From positions 143,592,001-143,656,000 of the forward strand of contig OX597817.1 of the NCBI GenBank assembly GCA_951406725.2: a stretch of 64,000 nucleotides of DNA. Reading direction: 5' to 3'. A model generated the notes under the pieces. The model worked only from the letters and a program-made list of their open reading frames with translations. It was not told where the DNA came from and searched no databases. Positions 40,907 through 54,228 of the stretch are shown here, piece after piece (the stretch's first letter is position 1; the number at the start of each line of letters is the position of its first letter). The stretch is from Octopus vulgaris. Lineage: Eukaryota. Made by a program: the position numbers and the translations under genes.

Positions 40907-40907
<1 letters not shown>
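40522..40907 (+). mobile_element. Non-autonomous Helitron-like element
   Basis: 5' end TATATATATAAAGCTGAAGTTGTCTGTGTATG; 3' hairpin cctgagcaacactggg followed by gatactgCTAG. Confidence 0.65.
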
Positions 40908-40959
<52 letters not shown>

Positions 40960-41415
40960 ACACACACACACACACACACATATATGCAGAAGTATCCCTT
41001 GCTTAATGCAATATTGAAGAACACGGCTTGATCTGATCAATGCAGTTTTAATTACTGTAATTAAATTTATTGAAACCATCCCCAATTTACACTATATATA
41101 ATTTAATTACTTCAGTTTAAAAATGACATACCAACATGTCAACCAGAGTACGTTCATTCACCCAAGTTGAGGTAACCACATTGCTCGTTAGTGCAAAATA
41201 TATGTTGAGATTTAAAACGATAAACCTATTCATTAGGTTTATGATGAGTTTTAGTTAAAAAATAAATTATTTATTTTAAATTCCAAATTGCTGTTTTTAT
41301 TATCTATTTTTAGAATTAATTATAATTAATTCCATTGATTATTTAATTTGATTAATGTGGTTTTGATTTAGTTGGGAGCATCAGAGTGTTAGTTAATCAT
41401 GTTAAATTAGGGTAG

Positions 41416-41486
<71 letters not shown>

Positions 41487-41550
41487 CATGTGTGTGTGTA
41501 TGTATGTATATATGTGTGTGTGTGTGTATATGTATATGTATATATGTGTG

Positions 41551-41593
<43 letters not shown>

Positions 41594-41604
41594 ATATATA
41601 TATG

Positions 41605-41636
<32 letters not shown>

Positions 41637-41686
41637 ATATATATATATATATGAAAAGGAACAGAAATTATGTAACCAATTTCGTT

Positions 41687-41762
41687 AGCTTACAGCTGTT
41701 TCCACTATGCTGTACACTTAGCATTGTGTGCTTGTGCATCACCTTATAGCTTCCTCAGAGCT
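41687..41762 (-). ncRNA. Type-I hammerhead motif
   Basis: agct-CTGAGGA-a-gctat...atagt-g-GAAAC-agct-GTA-agct; a decayed inverted copy lies at about 41925-42006 (+). Confidence 0.7.
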
Positions 41763-42345
41763 TTTCATCAACATCATCATCATCATCGTTTAATGTCTGC
41801 TTTCCATGCTAGCATGGGTTGGACAGTTTGAGGGCTGGCGAGCCAGAAGGCTGCACCAGGCCCCTATCTGATCTCGCTGGATGCCCTTCCTAATGCTTTT
41901 ATTTATTCATTTACTTTTTCAAAGTTCCAATGAAGCTACAAAGTGATGCAGAAATGCTCAGCTCTGCATACACTGCATCCATCTTGTAACAGAAACAACT
42001 GTAAGCCAATGAAGTGTATTAAGGAATTCCCACTCCATTGTCATTTATTTAATTTCATATTATATTCTGAAGATGTTAAAGCCACATGGAGGAGATGACA
42101 ATGGATTGAGTTGCCTGGCAATATGAGGGTCTTCAGAATACATACCCACCTCAATGAAACAGAGATCTGGAGGTGCTGTGAGTCATGTGCTCTCCACTAA
42201 TATATTACATTCATCTACCCACTTCTCCCAGTGAACCAAACTCCATCTCATTATGCACTACGCTCTCTCTCTCTTTTGTCCCCCCATCCCCACCAGCTAT
42301 ATCATTGCAATCCTGCTGCTCCCTTTATATCCATGTTTACTTCTA

Positions 42346-42575
42346 AGGCGGCGAGCTGGCAGAATTGTTAGCATGCCAGGCTAAATGGATAGCCGTATTT
42401 CGTCTGCCGTTACGTTCTGAGTTCAAATTTCGCCGAGGTCGACTTTGCCTTTCATCCTTTCAGGGTCGATAAATTAAGCACCAGTTATGCACTGGGGTTG
42501 ATGTAATCGACTTAACCCGTTTGTCTGTCCTTGTTTGTCCTCTCTGTGTTTAGCTCCTTGTGGGCAATAAAGAAA
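42346..42575 (+). mobile_element. Full-length family B SINE
   Basis: ggcggcgagctggcagaattgttagc...gagttcaaatt (B-box-like)...ctttcatcctttcagggtcgataaattaag. Other copies lie at about 22550-22760, 23592-23760, 34742-34960, 47097-47310, 49920-50320 (tandem), 58220-58395 and 62400-62605. Confidence 0.85.
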
Positions 42576-44213
42576 CATATATATATATCCATGTTTACTT
42601 CTCACTACATACCTCCTCCCCTTCCCTTTATTTCCTACTCCCCTTTTACAGTCTCACGATCTAGTTATACTCTCACTCTGTCCAGTCCTCTCTACCACTC
42701 CCACTTGCATTCACCTCTCTGTGCCCTGAGGGTGCACCCTAGTACATCTTCACTACCATTTTCTCTCTTGCTCTCCTCTAACTGGAGTAGCTATGCCTCT
42801 CCTCTACAGCAAAATACCTGTTGGCATCTTTTTGTCAAACTTTAACCTCTCATCACCTGGCACAATGCCCCCTCACTTGTTACTACTCCTTCCTCATGTG
42901 AGGGGTCTTTATCTTGTATATTACCCGGTGACCTCACTGGTGCTGGTGCCATATATGAAGCACTTAGTACACTCTGTAAAGTGGATGGTATTAAGAAGGG
43001 CATCCAGCTGTACAAACCACGCCAAAGCAGACTGGATTGTCTGGCACAGTCCTCTGGCTAGCCAGCTCCTGTTAAATCATCCAATCCATGCCAGCATAGA
43101 AATTAGAAGTTAAATGATGTTGATGATGGTGATGCTCTAAACTTGCTAATATTTCACCTGAAGCATATGTACATTAAGTGCTAACACCAGGTTCCTAGTA
43201 TTGTGATGTTTAAGTGATATCTTTATATATATATATATATATATATATAATGGAACAAAAATGCAATAGAGGACAACAAAACATTCGGACAGATAGGCGA
43301 CACAAAGGCAGACAGGAGAAGGAACAATTAGAAGGAAAGCCAAAGAAAAAACAGGTCATTCGTCGCCTTCTTTCCTCAGTCAAGTTACCAGAAGTCCTTA
43401 CTGTTTCGGGCAGTTACTCTTGAGACAGTTCGATCTCGTTGGCCCCGAAAAAGTCTAAGCTAAGAGCATTAGATTTTTTTTGTAAGAAAGCTAGCGAATG
43501 TGTGCAGCAACAAAGACAAAAAACGGAGAACATGGTACACAATTACAAATACAAACAAGAATATAATAACAGGTGTCATCCGATTGTGAATGAATCAAAT
43601 TGAGTTGGCGTGTATGATATATGTATATCTGTTGAGTGGTTGGTGTTAGAAGGGGCATCCAGCTATAAAAATCCTGCCAAAACAGTTACAGAAGTCTGGT
43701 GCAGGCTTCTGTCTGGCCAGCTCTTGTGAAACTAAAAAATACTCCACCAGGTGAGAGATAAATATTATTTAGTAAGCACAATATATGTTTTTAAGTGCTA
43801 CTATTAGCTTCATGAAATGAAAGCATGCCAGACAGTACTTTTTAACACGTCTGGTGTCTCAGTGCAATCTTCAGGCACATACCCACAATGTAAGAGCAAA
43901 TAACAGTAAGTTTGAGGCAGGTCTGAAGAAGCGCTATTCTAATGTTTAAGAGAAAATATTATGCAACTTTTTCACATGGTACTGAAACATTTGTAAATAG
44001 CCATTAAAGATGTGTTAAGCTCTTTATTTGTTTTCTTATTTGGATTATATTTTACTCTTCACTAGACCCACACATTGGATTTACCAGTGTCATTTTTTCG
44101 CTTGTAGAATTTTAATCTTCTTTGAGATTCCAATACAAGAGAACAGATAGCTTTGAGGTCTACCCAGGTTGAGTGCTACATTGGAAATACTCATATTTTC
44201 TAGCCTCTTTGGA

Positions 44214-44264
<51 letters not shown>

Positions 44265-44530
44265 TCATCATCATCATCATCATCGTTTAACGTCCGCTTT
44301 CCATGCTAGCATGGGTTGGACGGTTCAACTGGGGTCTGGCAAGCCCGAAGGCTGCACCAGGCCGGTCAGATCTGGCAGTGTTTCTACAGCTGGATGCCCT
44401 TCCTAACGCCAACCACTCCAAGAGTGTAGTGGCTGATTTTATGTGCCACCGACACAGGTGCCATTTCGTTTTTTGATTTGGTTTGCAAGGTTCTTTATAT
44501 GAGTTCGTGTGTTGAAGCATATTCTGTTGT

Positions 44531-44755
44531 GTCTGGGGAGAGTCATTCTCTTTTAGTGCCTTATTACTTAACACACTCACCGGTAAAATTTCCACTTATT
44601 TCTTATTTTTATTTTCCTAAAATTTTTGTTCCATCTTGCAACCTTTTCAATAGTCTTGACTTGCAATAGGAAAATAAAAATAAGAAATAAGTGGAAATTT
44701 TACCGGTGAGTGTGTTAAATAATAAGGCACTAAAAGAGAATTACTCTCCCCAGAC
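44531..44755. repeat. Inverted repeat (about 89-bp arms) with a hammerhead-like motif at the spacer
   Basis: gtctggggagagtcattctcttttagtgcc...ttttccta pairs with taggaaaa...ggcactaaaagagaattactctccccagac. Confidence 0.92.
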
Positions 44756-44781
44756 GTCACAGTATATATATATATATATAA

Positions 44782-44812
<31 letters not shown>

Positions 44813-44880
44813 GGCCACGTGTGTACCGTTGGCGATTTTCTTCTTCTGTTTTCCCTTCCTTGGATCTTTCCATTTTCTAT

Positions 44881-44915
44881 GTTTCTGACGAAGAGCTCCG
44901 CTTGAAATGTTAGAT
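44881..44915 (+). ncRNA. Decayed minimal hammerhead motif
   Basis: gttt-CTGACGA-agagc(tcc)gctt-GAAAT-GTT-aga. Confidence 0.55.
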
Positions 44916-45501
44916 CCTCCTTGTTTCTTTCCTTTCCTGAGCGTCCAATAACACTATACTTGTTCCACGTCCTCGCGTTGTGTTTTCTCTTTGTTCATGT
45001 TTGGATTAACTATATATCTCTATATATATATTCTTATATTTTTTCTTTTACTTGTTTCTGTCATTTGACTGTAGCCATGCTGGAGCACTGCCTTTAGTTG
45101 AGCAAATCAACTCCAGGACTTATTCTTTGTAAGCCTAGTACTTATTCTATCAGTCTCTTTTGCTAAGCTGCTAAGTTATGGGAATGTAAACACACCAGCA
45201 TCGGTTGTCAAGCAATGTTGGGGGAACAAATACAGACACACACTCACCCCCCACCCACACCCACACAGACATGTATATATATATATATATATATATCATC
45301 ATCATCATCATCATCATCATTTAGCATCCGTTTTCCATGCTAGCATGGGTTGGACGGTTCAACTGGGGTCTGTGAAGCCAGAAGGCTGCATCAGGCCCAG
45401 TCTGATCTGGCAGTGTTTCTACGGCTGGATGGCCTTCCTAACGCCAACCACTCCTCGAGTGTAGTGGGTGCACTCGCAGAGTGGTTGGCGTTAGGAAGTG
45501 C

Positions 45502-45547
<46 letters not shown>

Positions 45548-46094
45548 GACAGGCTTCTTTCAGTTCCGTTTACCAAATTCACTCACAAGGCATTGGTTGG
45601 CTCAAGGAGACACTTGCCCAAGGTGCCACGCAGTGGGACTGAACCCAGAACCATGTGGATGGTAAGCAAGCTATTTACCACACAGCCACTCCTGCACCTA
45701 ATATTTAATATGTAAAAGTATTCAATATTATACTCAATATATAATATCCAATATTTAATATTGAATATAATAATCAATATTCCATGCTAGCATGGAAAGC
45801 GGATGTTAAACGATGATGATGATGATGAATAATAATGGGTAATAAAACCGGTATATTTGTTGAATTTTATTATCCCTTAAGGAGGTATTTAACCTTTAAC
45901 CGAACTCTTATATTTATATATATATATGGAGAATGAACGTTAAACGATGATGATGATATATATATATATATATATAAAGATATATACGCACATACACACA
46001 CACACACATAAACACACCACACATGGTGGTTGTCTACTCCTTATGCAGAGTCTGACCATGACTTGGCGTCTGATATGGCTTTTTAAACCAGACA

Positions 46095-46157
<63 letters not shown>

Positions 46158-46671
46158 GTTTGTGGCTTGCAGGACAACCTGCTGTGCTTACCTTGGATCG
46201 TAGGGTGACCTGCTGTGCTTGAGGAGACCTATTGAGTCAAGTACATCAACATCAAAATAAAAATCAAATGGAAATTGTAGTTGTGATACCCATGCTGGTG
46301 GCACGTAAAAAGCACCATCCAAATGTGGCCAATGCCAGCGACGCCTTGACTGGCATCCATGCGGGTGGCACGTAAAAAGCACCATCTGATTGTGATTGTT
46401 GCCAGCGTTCTCTAGCCCCTGTGCCAGTGGCATGTAAAAAGCATCCACTACACTGATGTAGTGGTTGGCATTAGGAAGGGCATCCAGCTGTAGAAACACT
46501 GCCAGATAAGATTGGAGCCTGGTGTAGCCTCCTGGCATCCCAGACACCGGTCGAACTGTCCAACCCATGCTAGCATGGAAAGCGGACGTTAAACGATGAT
46601 GATGATGATGATATATGTATATCAAAGCCTTGTGAGTGGATTTGGTAGACGGAAACTGAAAGAAGCCCGTC

Positions 46672-46713
<42 letters not shown>

Positions 46714-48794
46714 ATGTTTGTGTCTGTGTTCGTCCCCCTAGCATTGCTTGACAACCGATGCTGGTGTGTTTACGTCCCCGTCACTTAGCGGTTCGGCAAA
46801 AGAGATCGATAGAATAAGTACAAGGCTTACAAAGAATAAGTCCTGGGGTCGATTTGCTCGACTAAAGGCGGTGCTCCAGCATGGCCACAGTCAAATGACT
46901 GAAACAAGTAAAAGATAAAAGATAAAAGATACAAATTCGGGAAACAGGTTTTTTTTAAGCATGTTTCATTAAATACATGACTGTGTTCCAGTACCATCTT
47001 TGTTATTCCATATTCTTCATATTTTTATATCAGTCTCTTACAGTAAGTTTGGAACAATAAAGTTCTTGAATCCACATTCAATATTTCCAAACCTTAAGGC
47101 AGTGAGCAGGCAGAATCGGTAACATACTGGGCAAAACACTTCGCAGCATTTCTTCCATTTTTATGTTTTGAGTTCAAATTCCACTGAGGTTGATTTTGCC
47201 TTTCATCCTTTCAGGGTTGATAAAATAAGTTCCAGTGAAACACTGGGGTCAACGCAATTGACTCACCTCACTCCCTGAAATTGCTGGACTTGTGCCAAAA
47301 TTTGAAACCTATATTTCCAGATCTTCACAATTTCCTTTTCAAGGTTTAACCCATAAAGTGCTGGAATTTGCACTCACACAGCATGGACTGCTTAGGACAT
47401 TTTATGAAAATGTCGTTACCAACGTCATCTTACTGGCACCTGTGCCAGTGGCATGTGTAAAAAGATTCGAGTGAGGTCATTGCCAGTACCGCCTGACTGG
47501 CCCCTGTGCCGGTGGCACATAAAAAGCACCCACTACACTCTTGGAGTGGTTGGCGTTAAGAAGGGCACCCAGCTGTAGAAACTCTGCCAGATCAAGATTG
47601 GAGCCTGCTGCAGCCATCTGGTTTGCCATCCCTCAGTCAAAATCGTCCAACCCATGCTAGCATGGAAAGCAGATGTTAAACGATGATAATGATGAGACTA
47701 CCATGCACACATAAAAAACAAAAAAATAGTTAAAATATCTTCTTAGTATATTAATGGTGGCAAGTTTTACATCATCTGAAAAGTCATTAGTTGAACTATT
47801 AGTCCTCTTGCATTCTGAGGGGTATTGGAGAGTTTGAATGACATTAGACCCCAACAAACGCCCATAAATTGAATGCATCCATCTGGGCCATGATTGTGGC
47901 CTGTCAATCTGTGCTTGACGGCCATGATCATGGCCTGTCGTGCATTATGTGTTAAAGTAGATTGATTGTCTGCATTAATTTTGATATAGTGGTTGAATTA
48001 AAGAGGTTATGCTGGCTTATTGCTTTTCTAAAGGAGCTGCTCAAGAGCAGGCTTTTCTTAAATGAAGATAAAGGATACATTATCATCCTCATCCTCATTG
48101 TCTTGGGTAAACATCTTTTACCAAATCTTTGAGCTGAACAAAGCCATGTAACTCCCTCTCTCTTTCGCGCACACGAACACATCACTACAATATTTTACTG
48201 GTGCTTCTTTAGGTTCTGAGTTCAAATTCCGCCGAGGTCAACTTTGCCTTTCATCTTTTCAGGGACGATAAATTAAGTACTGGTTGTGTACTGGGTCAAT
48301 TTAATCAACTGGCCCCCTCTCCCCAAATTTCTTGTGCCTAGATTAGAAAAGAATATTTTGCTGGTGCTTCCTCAATACAATGAATTAAAAGAAATATCGA
48401 TTATATTTGACAATATTTGAAAAATTAGGCACTGAATTATATATTTTAAAGCAAATAATTCCACACTTTACTATTAAGCAAACCCTCAGACACTTTAAAT
48501 GCTGGTATTCGTTCGTTAGAATAACCAAGTTAAATGTTTAAATATCAACTTATTTGACACAAATTATTTTATGAAACTTTTTTTCTTTTCAGATTCTAGA
48601 TAAATGAACAACGCAGAAAATTTAAGTTGGTATAAGTTCTTGAATTTAATGATAATTGAATAAAACCCGAAACAATAAACACTTAATTTACGAATTATTA
48701 TTTTGAAATAATTAAGGTATTTCTATGGAAAAACACGAAAAATATTAAATATATTATTTTCGTTCACGGCGATTAACATTTACTCCGTAATTAT

Positions 48795-48848
48795 TAAGTG
48801 ACTTCCGGTATAACCGGTGCTCTGGGAAGTGAACACTTGTCCGTGAGT
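48795..48848 (+). promoter_or_regulatory. Candidate promoter and short non-coding first exon of RBM17
   Basis: ETS-type motif ACTTCCGG at 48801-48808 in a local CpG-retaining patch within about 1 kb lacking recognisable repeats; donor GTGAGT at 48843; the first coding exon has a 3' splice site, so an upstream exon is required. Confidence 0.5.
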
Positions 48849-50523
48849 TGGGATTTATTTTTTGAAACATGTTTATTTGGTTTATTTACTCTTTCTATCA
48901 TAAATAACCTATATTTGGCATATATGTGAACTGCTGTTTATAAATATAAATGTTATAATAGATCCGATTTATTAAAAATGCAAGTTAAAAGATCGATTCG
49001 ACCGGCTTCTTTGAGTGAATGTCTTGTCATGTTTGGCAAAACCTTCGATCACATTTTCATTTTACATCATCATCTCATCGCATTCTTTTTAATTAAAATC
49101 TATTTTAGAACCTTGAATATTTGGGAAACTTCAGAGAGATTTTGTTGCCGAGAATTAGAAATACGCTAAAATTTGTTGTATTTAAAAAAATAATTATTTA
49201 GAACAATTATCACGTCAGAACATTCCTTTGAGTTGTTGAAGGGTTAAAACTGTATGATATTGAAAGGACATATACGTATAATTATTTGTAAAAAGGTTGT
49301 TTTCAAACATTTATATAAACAGCCCAAGTTTATAAAAAACGATATCTATCTATCTATACGTTTATACATGTATGTATAACATTTAACAACTTAATTAAGA
49401 AGTATCAAAAATTCATTTTTTAAATTAAACCCAGGTGGTATCATTACATCTGAGCACTAAGGGATACAATTGCTCACTGTGCGATGTCACTCGAGCTGCA
49501 AGAAAGAAATAGCAGTCAAACCGCTTTCCTTCATCGTAAAAATAATAATAATAAACGAAGGATACGTATTAGATACTGTGGTCCTAGATACACAGCCCTC
49601 AGAAAGCATGATTTTAGGGGTTTGAAGGTCTGGTAAGTTGTTACACTGTGCCTATTGTAATATTCATCAGCCACTTGTTCCATGGGTTGGACTGTTTGAC
49701 AGGATCCAATGAAGTCAAGAGTTGCATCATACTCTACTGCCTACTTTGGTTTTGTTTCTATGACTGGATGTCTTTTCTAACACCAATCACTCAACAGCAT
49801 GCACTGGGTGCTGTTTTGGTGTCTCCAGCATTAGTGAGTTCACCATACAGCTTGCAAGACAATGAACCCCGAGAGAGGCAGCTTTATGCTAGGAAACGAG
49901 GGTTCAGGTATGATAGAAGGGGCTAGCTAGCAGAAACGTTAGCACGCCGGGCAAAATGCTTAGCGGTATTTCGTCTGCCGCTACGTTCTAAGTTCAAATT
50001 CCGCCGAGGTCGACTTTGCCTTTCATCTTTTCGGGGTCGATAAATTAAGTACCAGTTACGCACTGGGGTCGACTATATCAACTCATTCCATTTGTCCTCT
50101 TTGTGTTTAGCCCCTTGTGGGTAGTAAAGAAATAGGTATTTCATCTGCCGTTATGTTCTGAGTTGAAGTTCCGCCGAGGTTGACTTTACCTTTCATCCTT
50201 TTGGGGTCGATAAATTAAGTACCAGTTACACACTGGGGTCGATGTAATTAACTTAATCCCTTTGTCTGTCCTTGTTTGTCCCCTCTATGTGTAGCCCCTT
50301 GTGGGCAGTAAAGAATTAAGAAGGGGCTAGAATAGAAATGATTTCTTCTTGTGGAGGAGCTACATGGTAACTTACATTTTAGAAGAGAGGGAAGGGTCAT
50401 GATTGGTGTGGGGTGGGAAAGAAATAAAAATAGCAATGACAAAGCATCTTTGTGGACCTTTATTATAAAATAAAGGCTACTTTCACTGAGGATTAAACAG
50501 CCTTGAGATTTAGCTATTGGGAT

Positions 50524-51011
50524 TTAACCTTTTAGTGCTCGGATTACTGTCAAATCATCATCATCATCATCATTTAATGTCCGTTGCTCATGCTGGCATG
50601 GGTTGGACTGTTTGACCAGGGCTGGAAGGCTGCACCAGACTCCAGTGTGATTTGGCATGGTTTTCTATGGATGTATGCCGTTCCTAATGCCAACGACTCT
50701 GAGAGTCGTTGGGTGCTTTTACGTGCCACTGGTTCAGGTGCCATTTGCGTGACACTGATATCTGCCACAGCTGCGATTTGCTTGGCATGATGGATCTTCT
50801 TCTCAAACTCAACATAATGCCAAAGGTCTTGGTCATTGCCTCCATGAGGCCCATGTTTTTAATTACCCATGCAGCATTATCTTGTTTTGAGATTTCAAAC
50901 ATGTGATTGTTTGCATTGTAGAGTAGGTGTGAGAGGCCAGATCTGGCTGTTGGCAACATAAAACAAGAATATTTTGGGAGGATATGGCTGGTTTAAATTC
51001 TAAAGGGTTAA
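50524..51011. mobile_element. TTAA-flanked MITE (piggyBac-like ends) interrupted by an RTE 3' fragment
   Basis: TTAA-ccttttag...ctaaaggg-TTAA; a related partial copy lies at about 8145-8311. Confidence 0.55.
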
Positions 51012-51082
51012 AACCAAATTGGTAACTTTTCATGCTAGCTTCTTTCTCTTTTTTCATTTCAGTCTATCAATGTGTTTCCACA

Positions 51083-51143
51083 ATGTCCCTGTATGATGGA
51101 ATTGACAACAAAGAAGGTGGAGATACTGCTGCAGACGTTGTCT
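51083..51143 (+). CDS. RBM17: Splicing factor 45 (SPF45/RBM17), coding exon 1
   Basis: Acceptor AG at 51061-51062; ATG at 51083; MSLYDGIDNKEGGDTAADVV matches the SPF45 N-terminus MSLYDDLG; donor GTAAGT at 51144, phase 1. Confidence 0.9.
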
Positions 51144-51184
51144 GTAAGTTGATTATTATTGTTATTATTATTATTATTATTATA

Positions 51185-51830
51185 GACGTCGCACAGTATA
51201 CAATATCATGGGGTTGTTGGTTGAAGATATTGTGTCTACTGGGGGTTTGCACTGTTTGTCAAGTCACAACAAGGACCTCAGACAGACAGTGCTTTACGTA
51301 ATATGCTTGCAGTTCCAAGTAATGCCAACTTTTGCAATACATCTAGATTGTAGGGTATTTCTAAGGTCTTCAGATGTTTTTTCAGATTGGGTGGTATTGA
51401 ACCCAATGCTCCGATGACAATAGGGATAACCTTTATGTTTGACTCGCGTAGCTGCAACATCTTAGCGATCTCAATTCTCAGGTCTCCATATTTATCAACA
51501 TTTTCTCTTTCTTTCATGATAATATGTTTATCTCTTTGCACTGCTATGTCGATATTATTATTATTTTATGTTTGACTTTTGCTTTACATTTGTACAAGTT
51601 GGTTCCAAGTCTCACCCAGAGACCTCAAGAGACAACAAGTTGGAAGTTCATGTTGGTGTTATGCCTAGGGTGCCATATATTTGGTTTTATACATAGTGTT
51701 GTTCTAGAGAATGTTTAAGAAACCATAAGAAAATTATGTTTGTTTTGAAACTTGAGATTACATAGAAAGTATTTTGCGTAGGATATCAGCAGTTCCCATG
51801 AGCACTATCTTTTGAATTTCTGCCATTTAT
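51185..51830 (-). mobile_element. Two stacked R4/Dong-like retrotransposon 3' fragments embedded in (TAA)n
   Basis: DIAV..KERENVDKYGDLRIEI..VIPIVIGALG..LQKLALLGTASILRKALS (51278-51550) and AEIQKIVLMGTADILRKILSM (about 51760-51826), bounded by (TTA)n tracts. Confidence 0.85.
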
Positions 51831-53903
51831 TATTATTATTATTGAGTGAGAGAGCAGTGCATGCCATCAAAGTGACACTGGGGTAAAATATACAAAGCCC
51901 AGTATACCCATCATGACTACCCGTCTGATAAGGGTACACCAGGCACATGCATCACAACCATATGTGCGCGACATGGTGATCTCATATCAAGATAAATAGC
52001 ACCTGACCTTGCTGGTGGGGTCCAATTAGAATTTTCATCTGGTCAAGTAACCCATCCCACTCAAAAGGTCCCTGAATAAGGGTTGTTTAAGGATGTTGAA
52101 TGAATCACTCATTTTTCCAGAGGTGAATTATTCAAACCCCAAAGAATCCTTCTCAACACATGTCTATGATGCTCCCCCACTACTTCTGCTCGTGATCAGA
52201 GATGCACATATCGTCAGTCACTAAGGGACATGCTCAACTGGTTATGGTCAAACAACTGACAAGCAAATCTGTGGTATTGAGCAGAATATTTGCTGTAACC
52301 CATCTTTTATACCAAGACAATACAATGTACATGATTATTATTATTATTATTGGTTCTTTAATGGTGGTACATGACATGTCTTAGATTTCTTAAACAAGTT
52401 TGTTGTGATGGTGGCTTGGTTGGTGCAGTATGGAGCTAATAAATGAAGATATATTACATTGGCTGCATGAATAATAATTGAAGTATACTCGTGAATATTT
52501 AACTGAAATATTTATTGCCTGACATAAAGATATTAAGTGTTAGCTATTTACAATGAATAACATAAATGTTTACTGACTGAGAGGCAGACTGCTCTAAAAT
52601 TATAGATAGCTTTCTGTGTTACAAGATGCGGTTGGTCCAAAAATATACGACATCAACTGTACAAATGACTGTGGTGACAGTGATTCTTGGCTGTCTGTGC
52701 AAATGTCTAGAACCGTCAGTGTGGAAAGAATGGTGCTGCATGTCACTCAGTCACATTCTGTGATTAATTAAAAGACAAAATGGTCTTTTAAAGGGTGAAA
52801 GAAGAACATTTGAGAAAACCAAATCATTCCACAGCCTGATGCTGATTAGTCAATTAACAGACTGATCATGGATGATTCCAGTGCTGCCTGACTGGCACCC
52901 ATTCCGGTGACACATAAAAAGTACTATTCAAGCATGGTCGATACCAGTGTTGCCTGACTGGCGCCTAAAGCACCATTCGAGTGTGGTTGATGCCAGTGCT
53001 GCCTGGCTAGCCCCAAAGCACAATCCGAGTGTGGTCGAGGCCAGTGCTGCCTGACTGGCCCTCATGCTGGTGGCACGTAAAAAGCACCCACTACACTCCC
53101 AGAGTGGTTGGCATTAGGAAGGGCTTCCAGCTTTAGAAACTTTGCCAGATCAGATTGGAGCCTGGTGCAGCCATCTGGTTTGCAAGTCCTCAGTCAAACC
53201 ATCCAACCCATGCCAGCATGGAAAGCAAACATTAATTGATGATGATGATGTGAAACTATAGTGGTTCACTTGTGGTGTCTGACCAATTATCTAGCAGTTG
53301 AGTTTTCAAATCCCTGCTACAAGTTATTGCAGTAATTCAAATTTATATCATTATGCTAGTTCAGACATGATTGGGTGACTAAGTTCACTTCACAGTCATG
53401 TGACTTTGAGTTTGATCTCACAGTATGGCGTCATGGGTAAATGGTTTCTGCTATAAGTCTTGGCTTGACTGATGCTTTGTGAGCAAAATTGGAAGATGGA
53501 AGCTTTTTGAAAGCCCATCATGTATGTATGTGTGTGTATGGGTTCATAATTGCAATACACGAAACTCTATGTTCATGAGTTACTTATGTAACTTTACAAC
53601 TAAAAGAATGTATATGCATACTTCATCATCATTTAACATCCATTTTCCATGCTGGCATGGGTTGATTACATATATATATATATATATATATATATACAGG
53701 CGTGTCTGTGTGGTAGGAAGCTTGCTTCCCAACCATATGGTTCCATATGGTTATTTAGTACTTTATTTAGTTTTAGGTAAATGTTTTATCGTATCTTTAA
53801 TTTTTTTCTATATGGTGTGATTTAAGTATATCATTGTTGAATTGCTTCATGGTGGTTCTTCTCTAATTTATATACATGTATTATATATATATATGTGTAT
53901 TTG

Positions 53904-54009
53904 TGTGACTGTGTTTGTCCCCCCCCCCCCACCATCACTTGACAACCGATGTTGAGATATTTACGTAACCAAGGGATAAGCCCTGCTTTCCTTTGAATTA
54001 CTGGGTACA

Positions 54010-54047
<38 letters not shown>

Positions 54048-54078
54048 TGCACCCAGTAATATATATAGACTGTACCCA

Positions 54079-54122
<44 letters not shown>

Positions 54123-54228
54123 TGTACCCAGTAATTCTCAGGAAAGCAGGACTTATCCCTTGGTTACGTAAATATCCCAACATCGGTTGTCAAGTGATGG
54201 TGGGGGTGGGGGGACAAACACAGTCACA
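53904..54228. repeat. Intronic inverted repeat (about 105-bp arms) combining a SINE piece and other sequence
   Basis: tgtgactgtgtttgtccc...aattactgggtacagt pairs with actgtacccagtaatt...gggacaaacacagtcaca. Confidence 0.9.

Noticed and set aside
52380-52860. Possible intronic C/D-box snoRNA in RBM17
   Set aside because: No canonical RUGAUGA/CUGA pair with a terminal stem was found.
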